A stretch of 61,637 nt of DNA, counting the filler, from Sphacelaria rigidula (lineage: Eukaryota): NCBI GenBank assembly GCA_964200075.2. It is 8 parts of 8 records of this genome, joined end to end, with 100 filler letters (N's around TTAATTAATTAA, not from the genome) between each part and the next. Parts side by side here need not be neighbours in the genome. Positions count along the whole stretch, not along the records: positions 46,305 to 53,921 come from CAXNAA020014077.1; positions 54,022 to 61,637 come from CAXNAA020014078.1; 6 more parts are not named here. One strand, 5' to 3'. A program made the position numbers and the translations under genes. The notes under the pieces were generated by a model that did not search any database, was not told where the DNA came from, and worked only from the letters and a program-made list of their open reading frames with translations. Positions 47,822 through 61,149 of the stretch are shown here, piece by piece. The first letter of the stretch is position 1. Every line of letters starts with the position of its first letter.

Positions 47822-50142
47822 CAGTAGATCCTAGAAAATGGGGTTCATATGAAAAATGAGGTTGAAGTGACATTTCTCTTTTGCCGGGATGACGCGCCTC
47901 TGTGTGCTGGAAAACATGTCGTTGAAAAATAGGGCAATGTTCTCGTCATCGCTACTACTGTTCTCTGTCACACGCATGCCAGCAAGGGCGGTGGTGCGGT
48001 CATGACAAATATATTCAATTTGAACTTGGGGGGTGTTATTCACCATTGAGTTTACCCACATCTGACCCTCTGGGTGCCCGACGAGAACAGCCTGCCCCAC
48101 GTCAGTTGAGGGGGAAGTATGAGAGATCAAACACTTGTAGAGACCTTGACATGCGAAGTGAGAAAAGATGCGTATGGTGGTGACCTAGAGTCATGCTACG
48201 ATAGGGGGGGGGTGTTCGATTCCACGAAACAAGTAGCCCATAGGTGCGTCAGATGATCCCACACACTCGCGATGCGCTTGCATTTGGGTAAAAGTGATGT
48301 CGAACAGTATAAATGAGCGTTATAAATCGGAAGCAAGCGAGTTCGAACTACCGTTGCTGCTTTATCAACGACGATTGCAAGTAGAATTTCGTGGAAGAAA
48401 GCGGCCCAAAATACCCCCCCCCTATCGTAGCATGACGCCCGAACTGTTGCTAGTGTGGCGCATAGGACTCCGTCCATGCTGCCATCTGGAGCACACGCTC
48501 GTCGCGTGAACACCTGGGCACACTACGAGTAGCTCTCCAGAATTATTCCAATGCGAGGAGGTCATGCATTACAAGCTGGGATGAGAGTGCTCCACGATCA
48601 ACCACTTGTCGTTGCATTTGAGACCCACGCCATCAACCGCCGACAACAAACCCGATCATAGCTAGCTTTCGTTGCTACCGTACTCACTCCCGACCGGAAT
48701 TCGCAACGGGTATGAAAGCAAAACAGTTGATTTTTCTCAACTTCATCCACCCAACTCAAACGACTCTCAAGACCTGAGGGAGGACGGCTTCCCTGTCCCC
48801 CCGCCAGGTACTACTGAAGGTCAGTAGTAGAGTTTTTACGACCATATACACCACTCATGGGGGTACGGACAGTTTCTTCTCCATAACAATGCGTGTTCTT
48901 TAACCTGCAAAGCTTTCCGTGCGCATTGTACGAACTGTACCTTGTCGATTTATGTTCCGTTCTCCACGGACTGGCTGATGCCAATCCCAGAAAGGTTTGG
49001 TATTGCTGTTCGACAGTATCTTTGCGTGTTTAGACGGACCCGAGGCGGCCACCGTCCCTCAGGTCTTGAGAGTCGTTTGAATTGGGTGGATGAGGTTGAG
49101 AAAAATCAACTGTTTAGCTTTCATATCCGCTGCGAACTCTGGTCGGGAGTGAGTATGGTAGCAACGAAAGCTAGCTATGATCGGGTTTGCTTGCCTTACT
49201 ACCGACAGCGTTGCGTGAAAGCCACACGACCTTTGCTGTCGGCGGTTGATGGCGTGGGTCTCAAATGCAACGACAAGTGGTTTATCGTGGAGCATTCTCA
49301 TCCCAGCTTGTAATGCATGATCTCCTCGCATCGGAATAATTCTGGAAAGCTACTCGTGGTGTGCCCAGGTGCTCACGCGACGAGCGTGTGCTCCAGATGG
49401 CAGCATGGACGGAGTCCTATGCGCCACACTGGCAACAGTTAGGTCACCACCATACGTATCTTTTCCCACTCCGCATGTCAAGGTCTCTACAAGTGTTTGA
49501 TCTCTCATACTTCCCCCTCAACTGACGTGGGGCAGGCTGTTCTCGTCGGGCACCCGGAGGGTCAGATGTGGGTAAACTCAATGATGAATAACATCCCCCA
49601 AGTTCAAATTGAACCTATTTGTTATGACCGCACCACCGCCCTTGCTGGCATGTGTGTGGCAGAGAACAGCAGTAGCGATGACGGGAACATTGCCCTGTTT
49701 TTCAACGACATGTTTTCCGGCGCACAGAGGTGCGTCCTGTCCAAAAAGAGAGGCAAAGAGAAATCGATCCTCGCATTCGTGAGCTCGACAGGCAATTGTA
49801 AGATGAGAGAAAATCTCTTCGCAGCTCGATGTTTCAGCACATGGAAAATTGGGTACATGCTGGTAACATCGATGATGCCAGTCTCTCGAGACTTTGGTAG
49901 TCGCCGAGCGAGGACACACAAGGGACACGGGCGAGGAGCTTCCTCTCTGGTGATATCATTATCGACACGCGTGTACACCGCATTCGTTAGGTGCACCTAG
50001 CCATAGCTCCTTAACTGCTGCGGACATTTGGGGGGGAAGATGGCTGCGCCCTGTCTTAAGTGTATTGCGTCATCCCTGCAAAAAGGAAATGCCACTTCAA
50101 CCTCATTTTTGAGATGGACCCCATTTTCTAGGATCCACTGTG
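47822..50142. repeat. Large inverted duplication (arms ~47822-48780 and ~49057-50142, spacer ~280 bp) carrying degenerate coding-like sequence
   Basis: ORFs 47831..48130 (-) and 49497..50000 (+) encode nearly identical peptides (ISHTSPSTDVGQAVLVGHPEGQMWVNSM...); 48440-48780 mirrors 49057-49440. The flanks 47461-47700 and 50408-50640 are direct repeats. Confidence 0.85.
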
Positions 50143-51309
50143 TTGATTCACGAAGGGGCCCCTGGGTGCAAACCCCATATTTTTGGGAGCACGGTCTCCG
50201 GAGATTTGGGTTGCACAGTAAGCTCCATATATTTGAGCTCCTATAAAAAAGAGGCCAGAAACAAAAACTGCAATCTCTATCGTAGCACCGCTCGCTTGTG
50301 AATGAGGTTTGGCTGTACTGTTGTTGTTCGCTGCTACTCTTGCACTTGTACGCGATGTTTGTGGTTGGGGTTCGTCTGCACTCTTGCGTTCCTGAGTGCA
50401 GACTCCGTGCCCCGGACGTAAAAAATGTTCGCGATTCATGATAAAAGGCATCTCGGAAAATAAGGTCCGCGGCTCATCATAAAAGAAGTGGCATCGAAAA
50501 AGCAGTTCGCGGTTCATGATGAGAGGTGGCATCTCGAACGGTCAAACGGAACCCATGGTAACCCGCCAGTCTCACGCAACACAGCGCAGAAATACTGTAG
50601 AGTACAGAGTGTTTGCACTCCAAAGCCTCCAAACGCGAGAAGCAGATCGGAACGCACCCGAAATGCAAACGAGGAACGCACCCGAAATGCAACAGAAAAA
50701 AATGTACTCTAAAATCAGCGTCACGCGGGCAGAGAGGTTCTGTTCTGTGTACACTGTATGTGTGATGTAGGAAAGTCCGCGGAAGACTAAAAATGATGCC
50801 GATTGACCAAGAGGCCCCTGCGTGCAAACTCTGTGTGCGGTGTGCGGTGGAGAGGTATATTCTCGGACGCCTAACGGGTGCACCGCCACATCAGTGAGGA
50901 ATAAAACGGTGCGAAAACACCGTGCACAACATAGCCCGGAAAGATATATGCTCCCGAAACCCAAGCAGAACCGGAATGTCTAGCTAAATGAATGCGAAGA
51001 GGCCGATATGGAAGACGTGTAGTTTAAAATCACGTAATGTTGCCTTGTCAGGGCTTCAGAGAACGAAAGGACCTCGTTTCGCTGTACTCTGAAATCAGGT
51101 GAGAGGAAATGCTCGCTCCTGAGAGCTTCTGAGAACGACGGAATGACCCTGTTTCGCTGTACTCTTACAGTAAGTGCTAAGAGGCGAATGTATGATTCAG
51201 AGATAACTCTTGTGACAAGAACATATTTTTCAGAGATAACTCATTCTCTTTTTTTCGCCTCTGTGGACTTCCAAACATCGTCGACGGCGATAAAACCCGA
51301 CCGAACAGT

Positions 51310-51640
51310 AATTGAAACGAGGCAAAAGACACTGGTCCTGCACAATGAAAAGGATGACCGTGAAGCTCTACCCATTTTCCGTTCGAGAAATCTACGCGAA
51401 ATGAACGTATTTATCCTCAGAAAAACGACAAACCCCGAACGAAAATGAAGAATCAAAACGAGGCAGAAGACATTGATCGTACAGAACCAACGAATAACCG
51501 TCAATCTCCACTCGTCCTCCGTCTGAGATATTTGCCCACGATGAACTTATTTCAACCTTCAAAAATAGACAACACTCGACCGAAAATGAGGAATCTTGGC
51601 GACTCAGAAGACACTGATCCTGCAGAACCAAGGACTACCT
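51310..51640 (+). repeat. Imperfect tandem repeat, ~140-bp unit, about 2.5 copies
   Basis: AAGACACTGGTCCTGCAC / AAGACATTGATCGTACAG / AAGACACTGATCCTGCAG recur at ~140-bp spacing. Confidence 0.55.
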
Positions 51641-53299
51641 ACTATGAAGGAATATATATGACAGCATCAAGGATATGAAGAACAAATCATGTAGAAATCA
51701 CTGTTGCCGGTCGATGATACGATATATAAGACCATCTCTTATGGCAACGAATCGCGATTTTCGTAGACGGGGGCTCAAATTCGCGAACTCACTGTCGGGG
51801 GGACCGCTTTATGGTACAGACGGTATCATAGATTTGTGAAATAGTTCTGTACACATGCGGACATTTTCTACGAGTGTGGAATTGCGTACTCTTGCATAAA
51901 GTCGAAATGCAGGCTGGCAGTGAATAATCCTTCGAGTACAGTGTCGTACCTTGGTACCCCAGGGTAATACAATGCAGGACACACCATTATTACAGTGCAT
52001 GATAATGCCGTGTGGTAGTACATGATGATGGCACAGTCGGTGTGGCGAGAGCAGTGAACAATCAGTGCGCGAAAAGAGTTCAGTAGCACAGTGCCATACA
52101 TCACCCTACAACTCCAGCGACAACAGACTAGAAGAGTACAGTAGCGTTCATTATATAGTGATACACATGGCAGCGCAGGCAGCATGATATATTACCGTCG
52201 CCACAGGGTGCGCAGTCAACACTTACTATCCACTTGCCAAACCCCGTGCGGAGCTGCTGCAGCAGCTGGCGCGGGCAGGCACACACTGCATTGTCGCGAG
52301 GCTATCTTCTGCTGCGGTTGCAAAAATATCAAACGCCTCGTCCTCTACCATTGTAGGTCAATGCACGTACGCGTCACCTTCTCAAAATCGGGGGGGTGTC
52401 TCGATCTCGGAACGATTTCCTCCGATTGTTCGAACAATGGGGGGAACTGGTTCTGAGATCGCGGCACCTCAACTTTCTCTGCCTCAGTGTGAAAAAAATC
52501 TAGATTGATGATTTTCATCGTAGATAGATGGTCTAAGGCCGGATGTTATGGCAAACAGAGTTTTTGGGGCTCCACAGCACCATATTTTTGATACTCTGGT
52601 GGGATTTAGACCTCAGAGGTCACTGGAGCATCAGATGCCCTCTAGAGAATTCGTTTTATGACCGGAACCGAGTATGAAATACCCTCTAGAGGGTATGATC
52701 ATCCTCCGGAGGGTCACTTTACCCTCGAGAGGATGAAAATAGCGATAGAGGGTTTTAAGGGGGAACCGAATGGCCGCGTGTGTGACGACCCTATTATAGG
52801 CCCAACCGTAACATCGAAAATGAAGAATCCATTTCGATTTCTGTTTCGATTTGTTGTGAAGCAATCCTTTGAGATACGACCTCACGGCCAAGGCAAGGCA
52901 TTTGGTTGGTGGTACCTGATGTGGTGATAAAAACCTCGGGTATCCTCTGCTGTTTTTTCGCTCGTTAGGCATTTCCCAGGCTGGATATACAAGATCTCTG
53001 CCGGCGGCCGGGATTTTCCCCCGACGACTTCTCCCACATGGAGTGTTTGGCTGGAGGTACCCCTCGCGGGCGTGGTGCACCTGGAGGCAAGTAAAGTACG
53101 CTGACGGAAGAAGTTCGCATGCTGCTGCGTTTCCCCCGCTATATGCGATTACATTCGGGAGGCGTTCACCGAAAATAATTCTGTTAAAGAGTATGTCAAC
53201 CCATTCACCTCTGGCTTGTTCTCGGGACAGTATCACCGGCTGACTGACAACTAAGGTGCTTCCGCGTGGGAGGGACGAATCCTCCTCGCTGGACGAGGA

Positions 53300-53920
53300 G
53301 GGGGGGCGGGTGTAGCCGTAATCTTGCATGCCGTAGTAGTGTGATCATTGACGTCGCGTCCCTACAAAGCCGGGACGGAGCACGCCGGTTTTTCGCCGGA
53401 CCAGGCTCGCCATCAATTACTATGCGCGTTGTTCAGCGAGTCTCATGAAGGGTGACCTGCCTCCTGCTGGGATTGTTCGTGCCGAAGCCTTCGATTTTCA
53501 TTCATAAGGACGACAGCCTACAATGAGTTGCTTTGTTATCTGGTATCGCCACTTCCAGAGACAGCCACGGGTTGTACACTGCCTCATGGGTGCCTCACCA
53601 TTTAAACACTACGTAGTACGATCATCCCCATTGTGCGGAGTTGAGGTCCACCCACGCCCCACAAAATGATCTAGCTCGTCTACCATCATGGTTACCGCAA
53701 AAAATGCAAGTGCACAAAACGAAACCGGTTCCTGGTCGCCTAGCTTACGCAGTGAGAAGCGTATTGTACAGCGCCATCGCCAGCCGACGCCAACCCCATC
53801 GGGGGTCCGCCCGTACAAAGCCGGGACGCAGCATGCCGGGTTTTCGCCGGACCAGGCTAAGGGGGTGTACTCATGATCATACATGCCATAGTCATCAGAC
53901 CATTGACCTCGCATCCCTAC
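53300..53920 (-). mobile_element. Minus-strand copies of the C-tailed dispersed repeat (53300-53620 long; 53815-53920 rearranged fragments)
   Basis: Reverse complement of the 4215-4537 blocks. Confidence 0.7.
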
Positions 53921-53921
53921 A

Positions 53922-54021
53922 NNNNNNNNNNNNNNNNNNNNNNNNNNNNNNNNNNNNNNNNNNNNTTAATTAATTAANNNNNNNNNNNNNNNNNNNNNNN
54001 NNNNNNNNNNNNNNNNNNNNN
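53922..54021. other. Artificial contig linker
   Basis: N44-TTAATTAATTAA-N44. Confidence 0.97.
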
Positions 54022-54204
54022 CACTCGTCTGTGCAAAGGCCGTCCTCGTCGTAGTTCATCAGTACATATGGTTCTGTCGCATATTGAGCATACGATTGAG
54101 TAAAAATAAATGGTTCAGCGTTCCCGTTTCAGGCGTTGGTCTACAAATAATCATGGTTTACATTTCTTGGTTTGAATGTGTACAACAAGAATCGGATTTC
54201 AAGT

Positions 54205-55170
54205 AGCACTGACAGTCCCGTGAGCTCCTCGTATGAGCAGAACGTGCTTTCGTTGAAATCGGCGCCACAGTCGTAGATGTGGGGTCTACCAAGGCCTCAC
54301 TTTGTTCAGACAATGTATCGCCCTTGCCCAAGGGTTCTCGGTGTGCGTTGGGTCAGATCAACCCAACTAGCCTCCTGGCATTTCAGCGTATCGCAAGCAT
54401 GGACGAAAAGCTACGCAGTGGCATCCAGCATAGATGGAACAACAACGGAAGTAACGGCGGGGTTCTCTATATGAATTTTGGATCCATGTCGTTCTCTTCC
54501 GATGACGTTAGGCATATTTTACCCGATGAGCCTGAAGAAGCCCCAAAAGTAGACCTCTTCGTGTCTTTTCGTGATTTTGGTCGGTGACATTTTTCTTGCC
54601 CAGTTTGGGGGGTCAGGCGCGCCCATAACAGTGGATAGCGACTATGTCGTGGGTACACGGAATTCGACTTGATGGTCGAAGAGGGAAGGGGACTGCTGAG
54701 CCCCTCTCACGATAAAAAAGGAAAGTCAAGCACCGCAGAAGGAAGATGGAGTACCAAAAACAAATGGGACGACAACACACACACCCAAATCACGGGCTAA
54801 TGGTTAACCCTTAGACGACGAGATAGGTCATCGGTTGAATCGGCATCAATATTCACTTGAAACAAGGATGTGTGGTCCGCCTTGGTAGACCCCAAATCGG
54901 CGCCTGTGCAGTAGAGTTTACCGGCATCGGGCTACGTTTTAGAATGGTGGAAAATTCTCGAATTGAGTGTGAACCACGAGAAGCGAAAATTATTGGGACT
55001 GACAGTCCCGTATGCTCCTCGTGTGCGTACAAAACGCGTGTTTCGTAAAAGTCGGCGCCACAGGCGTCGGTTTGGGGTCTACCAAGGCCGCACTTTACCT
55101 AGGGAATGTACGTTCGGCCCTCGCCCGAGGGTTCTCGGTGTGCGTTGGGTCGTGTTTAGGGTTAAGGGTA
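54205..55170 (+). repeat. Two direct copies (~54205-54352, ~54995-55150) of a ~150-bp repeat; partial copy at ~45790-45860
   Basis: ACTGACAGTCCCGT..GCTCCTCGT...TCGGCGCCACAG...GGGGTCTACCAAGGCC.CACTTT...GCCC.AGGGTTCTCGGTGTGCGTTGGGTC. Confidence 0.7.
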
Positions 55171-58100
55171 AGGGTAGCGATACTTGTAAAATTGTGTCAA
55201 CCATTCTAAAACGTAGCCCAACGATCGTTAACTACGAATTCCGTACGGGAGCCCTACAGCATCCGTCCGCCGCTGTTTGAAAGAACATAAAGAACGTGTC
55301 ACACCGAGGGTGAGCCCTCTGTTTCTTCGGCGCAACTTTCACTTCAAAAATGCCCACCCTGGTGGTCAAATGACGATTAAATGTTTCAGCTGGTGGCAGA
55401 GAGGAATCACGCTTCCCGGGGCTTTGATGGAATCTGATCCATCAGGAATTATCACGGACGAAGGGATGAACGCAGCGAGATGATGGAGAATAAGACGATT
55501 GCACTGTACTGTTGTTTATCTTGGGCTTCCGTGTACATACATTACGATACTGCACTGTCATGTGTACCGTCCTGTCTGCAGGCCATAACTCACTTTGCTG
55601 TAGAGGTGGCACGGTGGACATCATGGCGTTACCGATAGACTTAGCGCAACTGACAGACAGTAGAATATAGTCGCCATGACGTTGTCTGTTCCAGTACACG
55701 CCACTCTACCTCGGGTTTTCTGTGCTTCTCTGGGCACACAAAGAAGCGCCCCTTTTCCCTTCATATTCTGTCGGTGTGCATCATCCATGGATGGAGGATG
55801 GAGATGAGCGAGCACAGAATTTTGAGCTTTGAAATAATCAACGCAGAGCACTTTTTTGTTTCGAGCTGGCAGTAGGAAGTCCAGCAGACTCGACCGTGCG
55901 ACGAGTATTGAGAGATGAGAGAGAATGCGACACCATGTTACTGTTGTACTACTACTGTACTTTGCGATGGTTGTGATGGCTCGGATTGAAATAGTTTAAC
56001 CCACGTTGCACCACGGTCAGGGTTGTGGTCATGAGGCGCTGACTAGCCGCACGTGTTTTTGCCATTATCCCAGGGTGCACATGAAGGTCGATGGTGCACC
56101 GGGGTGCACATTCAATTTTTCCGGGTTAACTAGCCTCCGTCTATCGGCCGCCTCCTTGAAAATCAAAAGTGACGTCCCAGCCTATGTTCCCAATGGTAGT
56201 TGCAAGGCTTATGTCACCTGGTTACGAATCAATTACGTGCGACACTTCCTACTATAGCCCCCCCCCCGAACGTACACGGTTTTGGAAGGCAAAATCTTCA
56301 CATGAATCAAAATGGGAAAAGCCGAGCACAACGAGCAGCTGGGAACCCCCACGCTTGGGTTCGTTTTTGCCAATGTCGCCAATGTGAGGCGCTTCATGCG
56401 GCCTGAACCCTCAGCATCAGGCGCTGTATGGCTATCTTTTTGCGACACTTTGGACTGGTTTGGGGGGGGGCATCGTAGAAAGTGTCGTGCACTACTTCGA
56501 GTTAGTTAGAGATTTTGATATCATCAAAGGGACTGTAGTACCGATTGTTCGAACGAATCAACCATACTCTATCGACAGCCATCCAATAGGTGAAATCGTC
56601 AAACCGCCATGTCATCACGAAGTTAAACAGCCTGGATTCGTTTTTGAGGTTCAACATTTGGGTGAGGTTCAACGGACCATCGAAATTGCATCTCTTTTGT
56701 TCACAAGGCTCGGAATTCCCAACCGGTTTCGACCATGTAACCCTAACCCAGAAGTTTCTGCATGGCAGCGCAAGAATGATGATGAGCAGTTCAACAGGAA
56801 AACCGCCGTCATTCATTGTGCGGCACCTTTTGAGCAACCCCTGCTTCTAAGCGCTACGGAAAACGTAACCAAGCATGCTGGGAACATACTTCTTTGGACT
56901 AGTCATCGAGTTTTCGAGCGCCTCTTGTTGAGTATCTGTGGGAGACTTCATACTGTTGCGCCGGCGACGACCGCCGTCAGCGAAACGATCCAATGTGGGA
57001 ACAGATCATTCAGTAGTCTGCTGAGACCATCACCAGTATAGTACAGTCGTCAGTTGGAGAAAATGGATGCTCCGCACAATAAAGCTGCAGACACACACAA
57101 CGGGGGTAAGGGTTAGTCCCACGCCTGGGGTTATTTCGCCAGTAGTGCCCATGCGAGGCGCTTCATCTAGTCTGAACCAGCTATCACGCCTTGTATGGCC
57201 ACCTCCGCCGTGGCTGCGTTGAGAATCGGTTTCGCGGTGAGGCTGTTGAACAACACTACTGTAGTGCAACGCGCTTGCAAAATCCGAGCCGTTTCGTTTA
57301 ATTTAGAACCCGCGGCAGTTGTAGTTTGAATATCCCTTCTGACGGTCCGAAACGGGGTATGATCCAGCGACGAAAAGCGCTGGCACCCTCCCGCTCAGAT
57401 AGGATTTGTGACAACCTCAGCGTTAGGATTAGACCCCAGGGAAAGTCTTGAAATTGCGGATGGTTTTCTCGGAAAGCAGTCATTCATTGTAGCGGATACA
57501 AAGCGTTCAAGCAAGGAAATTTCGATTTTGAAAAGACACGTTCTGGACGAGCTGGGTCCACTGCTCACCTGCCCCAAATAATTTGTTTTAGAACTTTATC
57601 AACTCTAAAATCGAGTAGTCATCCCTGTCAACAATTGTGTACGAACATTTCATCAGGTCTACTGCTCTAAGGGTCAACGGGCCTCTTATTATGCTAGAAG
57701 CCAACGTGTCGTGTAACAATTGGTGAATGTCACGCCGGTCGAAAACAATCCCACTCTCGAATGGATCTTCAACTCTCAATTTCACGGAAACATTGTTCTG
57801 TCCCTCCACCACCTACCGTACGAAGATAGCAAGGGTTGAACGAATCAATGATTCGTCCGGAAATCATTCGACTTTTAGTGTAATTGATTCGTACCGTACG
57901 AATCAATTCTTAGGCTTTGTTTTCAGCGTTGTAACCCAGGTACGCGTAGCCCAGGCACGTGGAATGGCGCAAAAGTTGCGTGGAGCCCTGTTTGACCAGC
58001 GGTCGACGAATCTCCCCCCTTCGAGCAATCAGGCCTGAGAAATCGTGGGTTTGGCGATTCGAATCGGCGATGATTCGTCCGAACCGTGGAAGATATAGAT

Positions 58101-61100
58101 ACCACGTGCAAATTACACAATGAGTAACGGGCAGACCTTTTCACTTTAAAGTAGAAGGGCCCAGCCGAGACCACTCCAGGTTCACCGCCGGTATCCGGGA
58201 CGACAACTTCATATCATTACCACCGAAACAAGTTGAAATTGGAAGCACCCTGGACACAGGGTAATCTATACTATAAGCTGTCAGGTGCAGCTCATGCCTC
58301 TGACTGACCTCAGTCACTACACCTGTCGGAGGTTGTTGAATTTCCTCGAAGGTACCCCTCACGGTTACCACTTTCCGATATCATTTTCAACTTTGACCTT
58401 GATTATTTTTTGCATAAAAATCAATATTCCATTCCTACTTTGCAGGATTCCCGGTCAGGTGCGAAACATCCATGATTTGTCCTGCGCGAATGAAGTGCCG
58501 CAGAAGGGGCGGTAATCTGATACTTTTTGGGCATCCATGACGAATTTCCTACAGTCACAATTTTCGCATCTCAACAAGTTTCATTGATGGTCTCGAACGC
58601 CATCATTGAAATGAAGTACTCGAACCTTCTTTGTGGGCGCTGCAGGGTTCAGATCATGTTTTCAGTAGATCTCGCCCCCTCAGTATCATGTACATCCATA
58701 CCCGGCTTTTCAGACAGACATTCAACAAGTTCACACGTTGAGTGTGGAGTTTATACTAAACTGCCTCCCGCGCCCCGTCCACGTTTCCTCGACCTAGTAC
58801 CCTCAGGTAGAATGTTGCCATCGGTACATTGTACCAAGCATACCGAAACCACACAGCAGCAGCATGCTACGAAAGAGGGAACGCCTGGCTGAAGCAAATG
58901 TGCAAGCCATCTCGTGGATATTCATCACAAGATAAATACAAACAATAGAACAGCAAAAAGTTGCGTCGTGGCTCGTGCGGGGTCAAAAATCAAATTCCGA
59001 GAGAAATGCTCGATGACCGTGCTCTCACATCTCCAATCGGAATCGCTCAATGTATGTCTGTCACCCTGAATGACACCCTCAGGGTGATGAGCTCACGGCT
59101 ATTTTGGCACAGTACCGACACCAAAATTATATACTGTATCGAGATACGTTAACTAGCACCCTCGTTCAATACCACCCCCTTTTGATGACTTTGCGAACTC
59201 CAACAGATCGTCACCCGCGGGAATAGCACACCGTAGCCTACGGTAGCTGGACAACTCAAAACCGAGGCCACGACATAGCAGCTAGTAGAGCTGACCCTTG
59301 ACACATACTAATCACTATAAAAGGGTTCACAGAGATGCGCACGGCCCATAGTAGGGGAGTCGTCCCCGGTGCAGCGCATTCTGTACATGCCATGAAAACG
59401 CGCGTAACACCAAGCAAGAAACACCGCGGGCTAACATCGTCACTTTGTTTCTTGTTTCCGTCACGGTTTCAATTTCCTACCCCACCCCTACAACGGTGCT
59501 CCGTCTCGAAACGGATCCATGGTCAATGGTCAAACGACCAAGGCAAGCAACATATGAGTACGCCTTCCCTTGGGACGAGTCTGCCGTGTAAACGTATCAA
59601 CCAATCCCTGTCCCCCCAGTACATGCCCGATATATTGGTGTCACGGATTGGATCATGACTACGAACACTCCTGCACCGCATCGACTCTTGACGGATTCTT
59701 CCTGCTACCCACGTCCTCATATTTTCACGACGGAAGCTATCCTCTGCTCCGAAGGGTCGTATGTGTCGGGAACCGAAACCCGTTACCTTCTGCCCAGCCG
59801 GGCCAATGATACAACAGTTGTGCCACCGGGGCGCGGGGGTAACTCTGCTGCCTGAACACAAATTGAACATAAAAGTAGGCTTGCGACCGGGCTATCGCGC
59901 ACTATCCATGCTACGAAGTCAAAAATGTTGTTCGGGAAACCATCAAACAAGCTGCACTAGTAGAATCATTCCCCACACCGCACCGAAAAAAACGCCAACA
60001 CCCACGGTACGGCACAACGGCCAAACGAAGATAAAAGTGAGGGGATCACACTAGTGTTACAAGTGTTGAGCACAGCTTATTCACTTACCCTCGAGGACGA
60101 CAGTGTCGATCAATTTCAGTACTGGAATGGTCGGGAGACTCTGCTGTGCGACCTCTCGTCTGGAGGAAACCCATCGTCGTTCACCGAATAATCTTGCGGT
60201 AGGGGTGAACATTTCACTTCAAAGTTTTCCTAAGGCTGCAAGCTAAGGCCCAGATATCTTTCAAAAAGAGGCTCCTACAGCAAAGAGCCTCAAAAAACAA
60301 AGTGCACCCCTACTACTGTGGCAGTGCTCTACCACCGCCTCGAACCACTCCGGGATGACATACTTCCAAACGTGCCGACAACGCGGGTTTTCATTTGGTG
60401 ACGGGGAAACCTGTCCCCGTCTCGTGCTTCTCTCACTACATACCTTGCGTTTACCGTCGCCAGACTCCCAACTCGTGTAATTATTTAAATTTGTTGGGTT
60501 GAAGGACTATTTGCTGCACCTTGACCGATACTGGTGCTAATACTGAAATTGTTATTGATACCCGAGGAATCCAGCGGTGTGCACAGGACAAGACGGCCGT
60601 ACCCAACTTGAAGCACAACCAGAATACTGACTAAACAAAACACGACGCGGGGGCAAACAAAGTGAACTTAACACACGAAGAAAAACTAAAGAAATAAGGG
60701 GAAGAAAAAAAAATGAAAGAAAAGAACACAACATGAGTCTTAGCTCACATCTTCCTGGCCCCCATCCCCTTCCCTCCAGACACCAGAAAACTCAACAAAT
60801 TAATCACAACGTTTCGATGCCCACTGTTGTTTCATCTCCCGGCGTGCAGCCACATACAAACTATCTACTGTGAAGCGCTATAGATACCCGCTTCTGCCCA
60901 TCACTCGACGTCCACAACACAAACTTGATTTCCATCCTCTGTTGTTTGCCGAGTTTGCTGATGCCGCCGGGCACAACACGCTTACGGTATAACAAAAGAC
61001 AAGATAAACACAGGAAAACACGCTGGCACCCACAGTGGGACGAAAATGAGTGTCCATGTATACAGTGTACGCGCTCCGTTCTCCACAACATGGCTCCTCT

Positions 61101-61149
61101 TCGGAGTGGATTGTTGCATCATGATGGCAAGATGGCGGATCGTAGCACC

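Noticed and set aside
52631..53329. 232-aa minus-strand ORF
   Set aside because: It starts inside a repeat 3' end and crosses repetitive sequence, with no recognisable motifs.
7619..54021. Exact 7.7-kb periodicity of TTAATTAATTAA
   Set aside because: It is an artificial six-frame-stop linker between size-sorted contigs, not biological.
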